Origin: a virus
Lineage: Duplodnaviria > Heunggongvirae > Uroviricota > Caudoviricetes
Length of the DNA stretch: 18,667 nt
Strand: one strand, 5' to 3'
Virus record (IMG/VR): IMGVR_UViG_2563366869_000001
Part shown: one piece after another, positions 7,036 through 15,707 of the stretch
How positions within the stretch are numbered: the stretch's first letter is position 1
Layout of the letters: every line of letters begins with the position of its first letter
The notes under the pieces: model-generated
Database searches by the model: none
The model's input: the letters and a program-made list of their open reading frames with translations, nothing else
What the model was told of the DNA's origin: nothing
Program-made: the position numbers and the translations under genes

Positions 7036-7992
7036 ATGAGCACTAAATTAACCGGCTATGTATGGGATGGTTGCGCTGCGTCAGGCATGAAGTTATCCAG
7101 CGTGGCAATTATGGCCCGCCTGGCTGATTTCAGTAATGACGAAGGTGTGTGCTGGCCATCAATTGAAACCATTGCACGCCAGATTGGCGCGGGGATGAGT
7201 ACCGTCAGAACGGCTATCGCACGGCTGGAAGCAGAAGGCTGGTTAACGCGTAAGGCGCGTCGCCAGGGTAACCGCAATGCGTCGAATGTTTATCAGCTTA
7301 ACGTTGCGAAGCTTCAGGCAGCGGCATTTTCTCAACTGTCAGATTCTGACCCGTCAAAATCTGACCCGTCAAAATCTGTCCCGTCAAAATCTGTCCCGTC
7401 AAAATTTGATGCGTCGAAATCTGGTAAAAAAGCGGGTTTTCACCCGTCAGAATCTGGCGGGGATCCGTCAGTAAAATCAAAACATGATCCGTCAGATAAA
7501 AAAACTTCTCGTCCGGACGCTTCGCAACCGGACACGCAGACGGATGAACAGGATTTTTTAACTCGCCATCCTGATGCGGTTGTATTCAGCCCTAAAAAGC
7601 GCCAGTGGGGGACGCAGGATGATTTGACCTGCGCACAGTGGCTCTGGAAAAAAATCATCGCCCTGTACGAGCAGGCTGCCGAATGTGACGGCGAGGTGGT
7701 TCGTCCCAAAGAACCGAACTGGACAGCCTGGGCAAACGAAATTCGCCTGATGTGTGTGCAGGATGGTCGTACTCACAAACAAATCTGCGAGATGTACAGC
7801 CGCGTCAGCCGCGATCCGTTCTGGTGCCGTAACGTGCTCAGCCCGTCGAAGCTGCGGGAAAAATGGGATGAGCTTTCCCTGCGCTTATCGCCGTCCGTCA
7901 GCACGTACACAGAAAAACGCGAAGACCCGTACTTCAAAGCCAGTTACGACAATGTGGACTACAGCCAGATCCCGGCAGGATTCAGGGGGTGA
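7036..7992 (+). CDS. Replication initiator, lambda O-like (N-terminal HTH; origin iterons inside the gene)
   Basis: 318-aa ORF with SD GAGG; N-terminal HTH-like segment (PSIETIARQIGAGMSTVRTAIARLEAEGWL); the DPSKS/VPSKS peptide repeats are encoded by DNA iterons, as the lambda ori is within O. Confidence 0.8.
   Translation: MSTKLTGYVWDGCAASGMKLSSVAIMARLADFSNDEGVCWPSIETIARQIGAGMSTVRTAIARLEAEGWLTRKARRQGNRNASNVYQLNVAKLQAAAFSQLSDSDPSKSDPSKSVPSKSVPSKFDASKSGKKAGFHPSESGGDPSVKSKHDPSDKKTSRPDASQPDTQTDEQDFLTRHPDAVVFSPKKRQWGTQDDLTCAQWLWKKIIALYEQAAECDGEVVRPKEPNWTAWANEIRLMCVQDGRTHKQICEMYSRVSRDPFWCRNVLSPSKLREKWDELSLRLSPSVSTYTEKREDPYFKASYDNVDYSQIPAGFRG
7345..7419. repeat. Origin-type iterons: four tandem 15-bp repeats TCTG(A/T)CCCGTCAAAA plus a degenerate fifth; further CCGTCAG copies to about 7500, then an A-rich tract
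   Basis: Exact tandem copies at 7345, 7360, 7375, 7390; degenerate copy at 7405; embedded in the O-like gene. Confidence 0.8.
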
Positions 7993-7994
7993 GC

Positions 7995-8483
7995 ATGAGT
8001 CTTTTGAATGACGTTCAGAAATTCATTGAAGCCCATCCGGGCTGTACTTCCGGAGACATTGCGGATGCTTTTGCAGGTTACTCACGGCAGCGCGTTCTGC
8101 AGTCAGCAAGCAAGTTACGTCAGAGTGGGCGTGTGGCTCACCGTTGTGAAGGAGATACACGCAGACATTTCCCGCGCCTGACTGAGAGAGCGCAGGATCC
8201 GGAACCACAACCAGTTCGTGAAACCAGACCTGTGCGCAATTTCTATGTCGGCACTAACGACCCGCGGGTGATTTTGTGCCTGACCCGCCAGGCGGAAGAA
8301 CTGGAGTCCAGGGGCTTATACCGTCGTGCTGCAACGGTGTGGATGGCGGCATTCCGTGAAAGCCACTCCCAGCAAGAGCGAAACAATTTTCTTGCGCGTC
8401 GTGAGCGGTGTTTACGGAAAAGCAGCAAGCGCGCTGTATCGGGTGAAGAGTGGTATCTGTCAGGGAATTACGTGGGGGCTTAA
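7995..8483 (+). CDS. Hypothetical protein (162 aa) in the position of lambda P; possible N-terminal winged-helix
   Basis: ATG 7995 with SD GGGGGTGA, overlapping the O-like stop; Arg-rich C-terminus; no helicase-loader motifs recognised. Confidence 0.65.
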   Translation: MSLLNDVQKFIEAHPGCTSGDIADAFAGYSRQRVLQSASKLRQSGRVAHRCEGDTRRHFPRLTERAQDPEPQPVRETRPVRNFYVGTNDPRVILCLTRQAEELESRGLYRRAATVWMAAFRESHSQQERNNFLARRERCLRKSSKRAVSGEEWYLSGNYVGA

Positions 8484-8809
8484 TGACGACGTTAACTCAA
8501 TGCCAGCAGCAGGTGCTGGATATGCTGATTTCTTACCAGAAAGAACGTGGCTTCCCGCCAACCAATCAGGAGGTGGCTACCATGCTGGGATACCGTTCAG
8601 TGAATGCAGCGGTGGAGCATCTTCGCGCACTGGAGAAAAAAGGCGTCATCACGATAAAGCGTGGCGTGGCCCGGGGCATCACGCTTCATACCGCGGTGAA
8701 GGACGACGACAGCGAGGTGGCCGGGATTATCCGCGCACTGCTTGCTGGTGAGGAAAACGCCAGGCTGCGTGCAGCCCACTGGTTACATGAGAGGGGGCTG
8801 AAAGTATGA
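8483..8809 (+). CDS. LexA-like N-terminal DNA-binding-domain-only protein (108 aa), no S24 peptidase domain
   Basis: MTTLTQCQQQVLDMLISYQKERGFPPTNQEVATMLGYRSVNAAVEHLRALEKKGVITIKRGVARGITL aligns nearly residue-for-residue with the E. coli LexA N-terminal domain ([65 protein letters not shown]), from memory; TAATG coupling upstream, ATGA coupling to rusA. Confidence 0.8.
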   Translation: MTTLTQCQQQVLDMLISYQKERGFPPTNQEVATMLGYRSVNAAVEHLRALEKKGVITIKRGVARGITLHTAVKDDDSEVAGIIRALLAGEENARLRAAHWLHERGLKV

Positions 8810-9195
8810 AGCTGATTCTGCCTTTTCCACCCAGCGTGAACACCTACTGGCGACACCCCAACAAAGGGGCATTTGCTGGTAAGAGCCTGATAAGCGAGGC
8901 GGGGCGAAAATTCCAGAGTGCGGCGTGCACAGCAATAGTTGAGCAGTTACGTCGTCTGCCGAAACCAACGTCGGCACCTGCTTCAGTGGAGATCGTGTTG
9001 TTTCCCCCGGATAACCGGATCCGCGATCTGGACAACTATAACAAGGCGCTGTTTGACGCCCTGACCCACGCGGGTGTGTGGGAAGACGACAGCCAGGTGA
9101 AAAGAATGCTGGTGGAGTGGGGACCGGTTATCCCGGAAGGGAAGGTCGAGATCACTATCAGTAAGTACGAGAAAACGGCGGGTGCAGCCGCCTGA
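8806..9195 (+). CDS. rusA: RusA-family Holliday-junction resolvase
   Basis: 129-aa ORF; RusA-like motifs (LPFPPSVNTYWRH, DLDNYNKALFDALT) recalled from E. coli RusA. Confidence 0.85.
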   Translation: MKLILPFPPSVNTYWRHPNKGAFAGKSLISEAGRKFQSAACTAIVEQLRRLPKPTSAPASVEIVLFPPDNRIRDLDNYNKALFDALTHAGVWEDDSQVKRMLVEWGPVIPEGKVEITISKYEKTAGAAA

Positions 9196-9214
9196 TCAAG
9201 AGGAGAAACGAAGT

Positions 9215-10012
9215 ATGAATAATCTGATGGTCATTGATGGTATTGAAGTTCGTCGTGATGCTTATGGGCGTTACAGCCTGAACGATCTGCACAGGGCTGC
9301 CGGTTCTCTGGATAAGCATAAGCCTGCATTCTGGCTCCGCAATGAGCAAACTGAACGTTTAATAAGCGAGTTGCAGATTTGCAACTCGGTCAATATAGAG
9401 CCAGTTAACGTTATTCGTGGCGGAAATAACCAGGGGACGTATGTCTGCAAAGAACTGGTGTATGCCTATGCAATGTGGATCAGCCCGTCATTCCATCTGA
9501 AGGTGATCCGTACTTTCGATATGGTAACCAGCGCATCGGAAAAATTATCCGGGCAGGCTGCTGACAAGATGCAGGCTGGCGTGATTCTGCTGGACTTTAT
9601 GCGCCGGGAGTTAAACCTGTCTAACTCTTCAGTGCTTGGTGCCTGTCAGAAACTCCAGGAGGCTGTTGGCTTACCGAATCTGGCACCGCGCTATGCCATT
9701 GATGCTCCTGCTGACGCGCCTGATGGCTCAAGCCGTCCCACGCTGTCACTGAGTGCACTGCTGAAGCAGTATGGTATCCGCCTGACAGCTAATCAGGCAT
9801 ATCACCAGATGGTGAAGCTGGGGATCGTCGAGCAGCGCGAACGATACAGCCGTACCGCGATTAACAACATCAAAAAATTCTGGTCGCTGACAGCGAAAGG
9901 CTGCATGTTCGGCAAGAACATCACCAGTCCCGCAAATCCGCGCGAGACGCAGCCGCATTTCTTCGAATCCCGATTCCCTGAGCTGTTAAAGCTGCTCGAT
10001 ACCGTTCATTGA
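9215..10012 (+). CDS. KilA-N domain protein (antirepressor-like)
   Basis: Start at ATG 9215 with SD AGGAGA; N-terminal KilA-N-like segment (IDGIEVRRDAYGRYSLNDLHRAAG...FWLRNEQTERLISEL). Confidence 0.75.
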   Translation: MNNLMVIDGIEVRRDAYGRYSLNDLHRAAGSLDKHKPAFWLRNEQTERLISELQICNSVNIEPVNVIRGGNNQGTYVCKELVYAYAMWISPSFHLKVIRTFDMVTSASEKLSGQAADKMQAGVILLDFMRRELNLSNSSVLGACQKLQEAVGLPNLAPRYAIDAPADAPDGSSRPTLSLSALLKQYGIRLTANQAYHQMVKLGIVEQRERYSRTAINNIKKFWSLTAKGCMFGKNITSPANPRETQPHFFESRFPELLKLLDTVH

Positions 10013-10013
10013 G

Positions 10014-11009
10014 GTGACCGTGAGAGCACTACTGACCCCTGAAATTGCCCCGCGTATGGGGATCGTATTGTTCAGGCCCGGTTCAGAGCTGATGCCCCTG
10101 TTTATGCAGGGGCGTGTACTGCTGGAGCCTGAGCCGGAGCATTATTCATCTTTCGCCAGTGGTGCCGTTCCCGCGGCATCACAACCGCTGGCGGATGATC
10201 CTGCCGTTCGGGCCGTGTTCCGTAATGAGGCAGTGATCCGTCGTGCTGGTGGGGTGGAATGTCTTGAAAGCTGGTTACTTCGTGAAAAAGGCTGCCAGTG
10301 GCCTCATTCCGACTGGCACAGCGAGAACATGACCACAATGCGACACGCGCCGGGCGCAATCCGTCTGTGCTGGCACTGCGATAATCAGTTACGTGATCAG
10401 TTCACGGAGCGGCTGGAATCAATGGCAACGGATAACTGTGCCCGTTGGGTGTTGTCTGTAGTCCGTCGGGATCTCGATTTTAATGATAACCATGCCGTGA
10501 CAATGCCGGAACTGTGCTGGTGGCTGGTTCGTAATGACCTGGCGGATGCCTTACCGGAAAGCGCAGCCCGTAAGGCACTGAGATTACCGAAGTCTGTTTT
10601 GCCGTCTGTCACCCGGGAAAGTGACCTTGTGCCTTCGGTTCCTGCCACCAGCATTATCCAGGATAAAGCGAAAAAGGTGCTGGCGCTGAAAGTGGATCCG
10701 GAGTCGCCGGAGTCTTTTATGTTACGCCCCAAACGTCGTCGCTGGGTTAATGAACAGTACACGCGCTGGGTTAAGACGCAGCCGTGTGCATGTTGTGGAA
10801 AGCCAGCTGATGATCCGCATCATCTGATAGGCCATGGTCAGGGTGGAATGGGTACAAAAGCGCATGACCTTTTTGGGCTGCCTTTGTGCAGAAAACACCA
10901 CGACGAACTGCATGCGGATACCGTGGCATTTGAAGAGAAGTATGGCTCCCAGCTGGAGCTGATATTTCGTTTTATCGATCGCGCACTGGCGATTGGTGTG
11001 CTGGCCTGA
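10014..11009 (+). CDS. DUF968-family protein (YdfU-like) with C-terminal Cys/His-rich HNH-like motif
   Basis: C-terminal [43 protein letters not shown]; sits immediately upstream of Q as ydfU does next to quuQ in Qin (from memory). Start uncertain (GTG 10014, GTG 10020 or a later ATG). Confidence 0.7.
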   Translation: MTVRALLTPEIAPRMGIVLFRPGSELMPLFMQGRVLLEPEPEHYSSFASGAVPAASQPLADDPAVRAVFRNEAVIRRAGGVECLESWLLREKGCQWPHSDWHSENMTTMRHAPGAIRLCWHCDNQLRDQFTERLESMATDNCARWVLSVVRRDLDFNDNHAVTMPELCWWLVRNDLADALPESAARKALRLPKSVLPSVTRESDLVPSVPATSIIQDKAKKVLALKVDPESPESFMLRPKRRRWVNEQYTRWVKTQPCACCGKPADDPHHLIGHGQGGMGTKAHDLFGLPLCRKHHDELHADTVAFEEKYGSQLELIFRFIDRALAIGVLA

Positions 11010-11026
11010 TTTTGTGGAGAAAGTTA

Positions 11027-11410
11027 ATGCGTGATATTCAGATGGTTCTTGAACGTTGGGGAGCGTGGGCGGCTAATAATCATGAAGATGTGACCTGGTC
11101 GTCCATTGCCGCCGGTTTTAAGGGATTAATTCCTTCAAAAGTAAAATCTCGCCCGCAATGTTGTGACGATGACGCGATGATCATTTGCGGGTGCATGGCC
11201 CGTCTGAAAAAGAACAACAGCGATTTGCACGATTTATTAGTAGATTATTATGTAGTCGGTATGACATTCATGTCACTGGCAGGTAAGCATTGCTGCTCTG
11301 ATGGTTATATCGGGAAAAGGTTACAGAAGGCTGAGGGCATAATTGAAGGGATGTTAATGGCATTAGATATCCGGTTAGAGATGGATATCGTTGTTAATAA
11401 CTCTAATTAA
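11027..11410 (+). CDS. Late-gene antiterminator Q (phage 82 / QuuD-type), 127 aa
   Basis: Start at ATG 11027 with SD GGAGA; Cys-rich region ([27 protein letters not shown]) characteristic of this Q family, from memory. Confidence 0.85.
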   Translation: MRDIQMVLERWGAWAANNHEDVTWSSIAAGFKGLIPSKVKSRPQCCDDDAMIICGCMARLKKNNSDLHDLLVDYYVVGMTFMSLAGKHCCSDGYIGKRLQKAEGIIEGMLMALDIRLEMDIVVNNSN

Positions 11411-11425
11411 TATGCCAATTGTTTA

Positions 11426-11461
11426 CTAAAAATTATTAAAAATGGGGCGTTGAGACGCCCC
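11426..11461 (-). terminator. Rho-independent terminator for the porin transcript
   Basis: Stem GGGGCGT/ACGCCCC (11444..11461) followed on the minus strand by AUUUUUAAUAAUUUUU; the plus-strand side is A-rich, so it is unidirectional. Confidence 0.6.
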
Positions 11462-11600
11462 CAAAAATAAAGGGTAATATATAACAGAAGGTTTATATAG
11501 TTAGAAGCAAGGTTGTGCTTCTAAAGGAAGTGGCTTGAGGGAGCCACTTATATGTTGGGGAGGCAACGCCTCCCGCAACATATCTTTTTCGTAATCAGAT
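11462..11600 (-). ncRNA. Candidate sRNA or structured 3' UTR downstream of the porin gene (IpeX-like position)
   Basis: Three consecutive hairpins (11503..11522, 11528..11549, 11558..11574) between the porin stop and its terminator; in DLP12 the sRNA IpeX maps between quuD and nmpC (recalled, not verified). Confidence 0.3.
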
Positions 11601-12697
11601 TAGAACTGGTAAACCAGACCTACAGCAACGATGTCATCAGTGCTTACACCGAGTGCTTTAGTGAAGTCATTTTTGTCAAGCAGGTTGATTTTGTAATCAA
11701 CGAAAGTAGACATATTTTTGTTGAAGTAATAGGTTGCACCTACATCAACATATTTGACTAAGTCCTGATCGCCCCATACTCCAAGATCCTTACCTTTAGA
11801 TTGCAGGTAAGCAACGGACGGACGCAGACCGAAATCGAACTGATATTGTGCAACAGCTTCGAAGTTTTGGGCTTTATTAGCAACGAAGTGATCAGCAAAT
11901 ACAGTCATATTCTGGGTTTCAGAATAGGTAGTGGCCAGGTAAATGTTGTTAGCGTCATATTTCAGACCTGCGGCCCAAACTTCTGCATTTTTACCGGAAG
12001 CAAATACTTCAGGAAGAACTTTCCCTGCATTAACTTGAGTGTCGGTACGATCAGATTTCGCATAAGTTGCACCGATACCGAATCCTTCGTATTCATAGGT
12101 AGCAGAGAAACCGAAGCCATCACCGTTACCTTCAGTGTAGTTATCGAAATCGCTACGATCGTTTTTGCCTTGGTACTGAGCAGCAAAGTTCAGACCATCA
12201 ACCAGACCAAAGAAGTCGTTGTTACGATAGGTTGCAACACCAGTGGTGCGACCAGTCATGAACACATCTGTTTGGGTCCAGGTATCGCCACCGAATTCTG
12301 GCAGAACGTCAGTCCACGCACCGATGTCGTATGCTACACCGTAGTTACGGCCGTAATCGATTGAGCCGTAGTCACCGAATTTCAGGCCTGCAAATGCAAG
12401 ACGGGTTTTGTCTTTGGAGGAACCTTGAGATTCAGCGCGGTTGCCTTTGAATTCATATTCCCACTGACCGAAACCAGTCAGTTGATCGTTGATTTGGGTT
12501 TCACCTTTGAAGCCAAGACGGGCATAAGTAGTATCACCATCATCTGCATCATTAGAGGAGAAGTAGTGCTTAGCATTAACTTTCCCGTACAGATCCAGCT
12601 TGTTACTGTCTTTATTATAAATTTCAGCTGCCTGAGCAGACATCGCCATCAGTACTGATGCAGCTACAGCAGAAATTGCCACTGTTAATTTTTTCAT
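11600..12697 (-). CDS. Phage-encoded OmpC-family general porin (Lc/NmpC-type), with signal peptide
   Basis: Start at ATG 12697 ([30 protein letters not shown]); C-terminal aromatic residue (…VGLVYQF); porin sequence characteristic throughout; encoded opposite to Q and the lysis genes. Confidence 0.92.
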   Translation of the reverse strand: MKKLTVAISAVAASVLMAMSAQAAEIYNKDSNKLDLYGKVNAKHYFSSNDADDGDTTYARLGFKGETQINDQLTGFGQWEYEFKGNRAESQGSSKDKTRLAFAGLKFGDYGSIDYGRNYGVAYDIGAWTDVLPEFGGDTWTQTDVFMTGRTTGVATYRNNDFFGLVDGLNFAAQYQGKNDRSDFDNYTEGNGDGFGFSATYEYEGFGIGATYAKSDRTDTQVNAGKVLPEVFASGKNAEVWAAGLKYDANNIYLATTYSETQNMTVFADHFVANKAQNFEAVAQYQFDFGLRPSVAYLQSKGKDLGVWGDQDLVKYVDVGATYYFNKNMSTFVDYKINLLDKNDFTKALGVSTDDIVAVGLVYQF

Positions 12698-13124
12698 CGT
12701 GAGCCCTTTTTTTGAACTATTATTAAAAAATGATGTCACTGCGCGATAAATATTCATCTAATCAATGTGATTATTTCAAGATGTAAGTTTTGGTTTCTCG
12801 TTTGATTTGTGAAGTAGATCTCTATTTTTATCTGAACTTTTTTCTATCGAATCCTATTCATAGCTCTTTGCTGAATAAAAATAAATCTATTAGCCAATTT
12901 ATATTAACGGCTGTTATTTATAAGCGCTCTATAATTTGAGGGTTCAATTTAAATAAGCTAAAAATAACACTGGAAATAATTTGTTGGTTATTTGTTGAGA
13001 TTTGCTTATGTATTTGTAGTGGTGTTTTCAATACTCGGTAGCATTCTCGCAAATATCATTTAGTGGTTTACGTACGTAAAAAATTGGTTATGCTGTTAAG
13101 AGTGGTTACTTCGTCACACAGCTT

Positions 13125-13158
13125 AAACCCGCCGTCGAGCGGGTTTTTCCATTTTTTG
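13125..13158 (+). terminator. Strong rho-independent terminator 115 bp upstream of the holin; probable tR' target of Q
   Basis: Stem AAACCCGC/GCGGGTTT with 6-nt loop followed by TTCCATTTTTT; no ORF between it and the upstream AT-rich region, as for the lambda pR'-tR' short transcript. Confidence 0.7.
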
Positions 13159-13269
13159 AGTCTCGATATTAGCTGATAACCCAATACCTGAGTTATTCAC
13201 TGACTCCGAGTCTGTTACGTTTCGTAGTATTCCCTCAATTTACACCCGCTTTGTCTGCGAGGTGGGGTT

Positions 13270-13485
13270 ATGAAATCCATGGATAAGTTAACAACGGGTG
13301 TCGCCTATGGCACCTCAGCAGGTAGTGCCGGGTACTGGTTTTTACAGCTGCTAGATAAAGTCACGCCCTCACAGTGGGCGGCAATTGGAGTGCTGGGTAG
13401 CCTGGTATTTGGCCTGCTGACGTACCTGACAAACCTTTATTTCAAGATTAAAGAAGATAAGCGCAAGGCTGCGAGAGGTGAATAA
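13270..13485 (+). CDS. Class II holin (phage 21 S-type pinholin) with dual-start motif
   Basis: [26 protein letters not shown]... with two in-frame ATGs (13270 and 13279), two TMDs and a charged C-terminus; from memory near-identical to S21. Confidence 0.9.
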
Positions 13486-13982
13486 TGTCGCCATCATTAC
13501 GCAAGGCTGTAGCAGCTGCTATTGGTGGTGGGGCTGTTGCCATAGCGTCTGTGCTCATCACTGGTCCGAGTGGTGACGATGGTCTGGAAGGTGTCAGCTA
13601 CATACCATATAAAGATATTGTTGGTGTATGGACTGTATGTCACGGGCATACAGGAAAAGACATCATGCTCGGTAAAACGTATACCAAAGCAGAATGCAAA
13701 GCACTCTTGAATAAAGACCTTGCCACTGTCGCCAGACAAATTAACCCGTACATCAAAGTCGATATACCGGAAACAACGCGCGGCGCTCTTTACTCATTCG
13801 TTTACAACGTGGGTGCTGGCAATTTCAGAACATCGACGCTTCTTCGCAAAATAAACCAGGGCGATATCAAAGGCGCATGTGATCAGCTACGTCGCTGGAC
13901 ATATGCTGGCGGTAAGCAATGGAAAGGTCTCATGACTCGTCGTGAGATTGAGCGTGAAATCTGTTTGTGGGGTCAGCAATGA
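13485..13982 (+). CDS. SAR endolysin (lysozyme, GH24-type) with N-terminal signal-anchor-release segment
   Basis: Gly/Ala-rich weakly hydrophobic N-terminus ([20 protein letters not shown]) followed by lysozyme-like core; TAATG coupling to the holin. Confidence 0.9.
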   Translation: MSPSLRKAVAAAIGGGAVAIASVLITGPSGDDGLEGVSYIPYKDIVGVWTVCHGHTGKDIMLGKTYTKAECKALLNKDLATVARQINPYIKVDIPETTRGALYSFVYNVGAGNFRTSTLLRKINQGDIKGACDQLRRWTYAGGKQWKGLMTRREIEREICLWGQQ

Positions 13983-14440
13983 ACAGAGTAACAGCGATTA
14001 TCTCCGCTCTGGTTATCTGCATCATCGTCGGCCTGTCATGGGCTGTTAATCATTACCGTGATAACGCCATTACCTACAAAGCCCAGCGCGACAAAAATGC
14101 CAGAGAACTGAAGCTGGCGAACGCGGCAATTACTGACATGCAGATGCGTCAGCGTGATGTTGCTGCGCTCGATGCAAAATACACGAAGGAGTTAGCTGAT
14201 GCGAAAGCTGAAAATGATGCTCTGCGTGATGATGTTGCCGCTGGTCGTCGTCGGTTGCACATCAAAGCAGTCTGTCAGTCAGTGCGTGAAGCCACCACCG
14301 CCTCCGGCGTGGATAATGCAGCCTCCCCCCGACTGGCAGACACCGCTGAACGGGATTATTTCACCCTCAGAGAGAGGCTGATCACTATGCAAAAACAACT
14401 GGAAGGAACCCAGAAGTATATTAATGAGCAGTGCAGATAG
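13979..14440 (+). CDS. Rz inner-membrane spanin (i-spanin)
   Basis: ATG overlapping the endolysin stop (ATGA); N-terminal TMD then coiled-coil-like periplasmic domain. Confidence 0.88.
   Translation: MNRVTAIISALVICIIVGLSWAVNHYRDNAITYKAQRDKNARELKLANAAITDMQMRQRDVAALDAKYTKELADAKAENDALRDDVAAGRRRLHIKAVCQSVREATTASGVDNAASPRLADTAERDYFTLRERLITMQKQLEGTQKYINEQCR
14199..14381 (+). CDS. Rz1 outer-membrane lipoprotein spanin (o-spanin), embedded in Rz in the +1 frame
   Basis: Lipobox LVVVGC, Pro-rich mature region ([16 protein letters not shown]); SD GGAG 8 nt upstream; fully nested within Rz. Confidence 0.88.
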   Translation: MRKLKMMLCVMMLPLVVVGCTSKQSVSQCVKPPPPPAWIMQPPPDWQTPLNGIISPSERG

Positions 14441-14471
14441 AGCTGCCCATATCGATGGGCAACTCATGCAA

Positions 14472-14765
14472 TTATTGTGAGCAATACACACGCGCTTCCA
14501 GCGGAGTATAAATGCCTAAAGTAATAAAACCGAGCAATCCATTTACGAATGTTTGCTGGGTTTCTGTTTTAACAACATTTTCTGCGCCGCCACAAATTTT
14601 GGCTGCATCAACAGTTTTCTCCTGTCCAATTCCCGAAACGAAGAAGTGATGGGTGATGGTTTCCTTTGGTGTTACTGCTGTCGGTTTGTTTCCAACAGTA
14701 AACGTCTGTTGAGCACATCCTGTAATAAGCATTGCCAGAGCGGCAGAAAACAACATTTTTTTCAT
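14472..14765 (-). CDS. bor: Bor lipoprotein (serum-resistance moron)
   Basis: Start at internal ATG 14765 (MKKMLFSAALAMLITGC, lipobox); sequence near-identical to lambda Bor from memory. Confidence 0.9.
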   Translation of the reverse strand: MKKMLFSAALAMLITGCAQQTFTVGNKPTAVTPKETITHHFFVSGIGQEKTVDAAKICGGAENVVKTETQQTFVNGLLGFITLGIYTPLEARVYCSQ

Positions 14766-15124
14766 CTTATTATCCTGCATTGTTAAAAACGGCAGAATCC
14801 TATGTGACAACAATTAAACGATAGTTAAATGGATTGATGAAAATTAAAACTATATAGGTGGATGCTCAGCCTATTGGAGGAGGGGGGCACTCAGAATCCT
14901 GTGGAATGAAATAAACCGCTCTTTCTGTCCATTACCCTTTTAGCTGCGCTGTATCGTCGCCGTATTCCCGCATTAACCATGACCGTAGCCCGACGGGGAA
15001 TTCCTTCTGCGTGAGTGTGCGGGAATAATCAAAAACGATGCACACCGGGTTTTACTGTGCTGACAGACGCAGGGTTACCCTCATAGTCGCTTTTCCGGTG
15101 CGATGGTGGAAGAAACCGGGATGT

Positions 15125-15319
15125 TTATTCATCATCACTTTGGATTGATGTATATGCTCTCTTTTCTGACGTTAGTCTCCGGCGGCAGGCTTCAATGACC
15201 CAGGCTGAGAAATTCCCGGACCCTTTTTGCTCAAGAGCGATGTTAATTTGTTCAATCATTTGGTTAGGAAAGCGGATGTTGCGGGTTGTTGTTCTGCGGG
15301 TTCTGTTCTTCGTTGACAT
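15125..15319 (-). CDS. Small ribbon-helix-helix (CopG/Arc-like) DNA-binding protein, 64 aa
   Basis: Basic N-terminal strand then two helices (TRNIRFPNQMIEQINIALEQ...NFSAWVIEACRRRL); SD GGGG upstream; last gene before the cos site. Confidence 0.6.
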   Translation of the reverse strand: MSTKNRTRRTTTRNIRFPNQMIEQINIALEQKGSGNFSAWVIEACRRRLTSEKRAYTSIQSDDE

Positions 15320-15479
15320 GAGGTTGCCCCGTATTCAGTGTCGCTGATTTGTATTGTCTGAAGTTTTTTTTACGTTAAGTTGATGCAGATCAATTAATAC
15401 GATACCTGCGTCATAATTGATTATTTGACGTGGTTTGATGGCGTAGATGCACGTTGTGACATGTAGATGATAATTATTA

Positions 15480-15700
15480 TCATTTTGCGGGTCCTTTCCG
15501 GCGATCCGACAGGTTACGGGGCGGCGACCTCGCGGGTTTTCGCTATTTATGAAAATTTTCCGGTTTAAGGCGTTTCCGTTCTTCTTCGTCATAACTTAAT
15601 GTTTTTATTTAAAATACCCTCTGAAAAGAAAGGAAACGACAGGTGCTGAAAGCGAGCTTTTTGGCCTCTGTCGTTTCCTTTCTCTGTTTTTGTCCGTGGA
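15480..15700 (+). other. cos packaging site (cosQ-cosN-cosB), lambda-type; cosN 12-nt cohesive-end sequence GGGCGGCGACCT at 15519..15530
   Basis: From memory, sequence across ...GGGTCCTTTCCGGCGATCCGACAGGTTACG|GGGCGGCGACCTCGCGGGTTTTCGCTATTTATGAAAATTTTCCGG... matches the joined right and left ends of lambda; immediately upstream of Nu1. Confidence 0.85.
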
Positions 15701-15707
15701 ATGAACA

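Noticed and set aside
6525-7043. Alternative overlapping ORFs (plus 6525..6794, minus 6771..7043)
   Set aside because: They overlap the ydaT-like gene or lie antisense in the operon without RBS; the frame starting at 6688 is preferred because of its ATGA coupling and position, though it too is unverified.
7343-7420. CRISPR array or protein-level tandem repeat
   Set aside because: The repeats are contiguous 15-bp units with no spacers and lie within the replication initiator gene; they fit origin iterons, not CRISPR.
11801-12364. 187-aa plus-strand ORF inside the porin gene
   Set aside because: Antisense to a clearly real porin CDS; the translation is non-protein-like.
14441-14461. Small hairpin (TGCCCAT/ATGGGCA) between convergent Rz and bor as a bidirectional terminator
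   Set aside because: Short stem of moderate GC content with no U-tract on either side; too weak to call.
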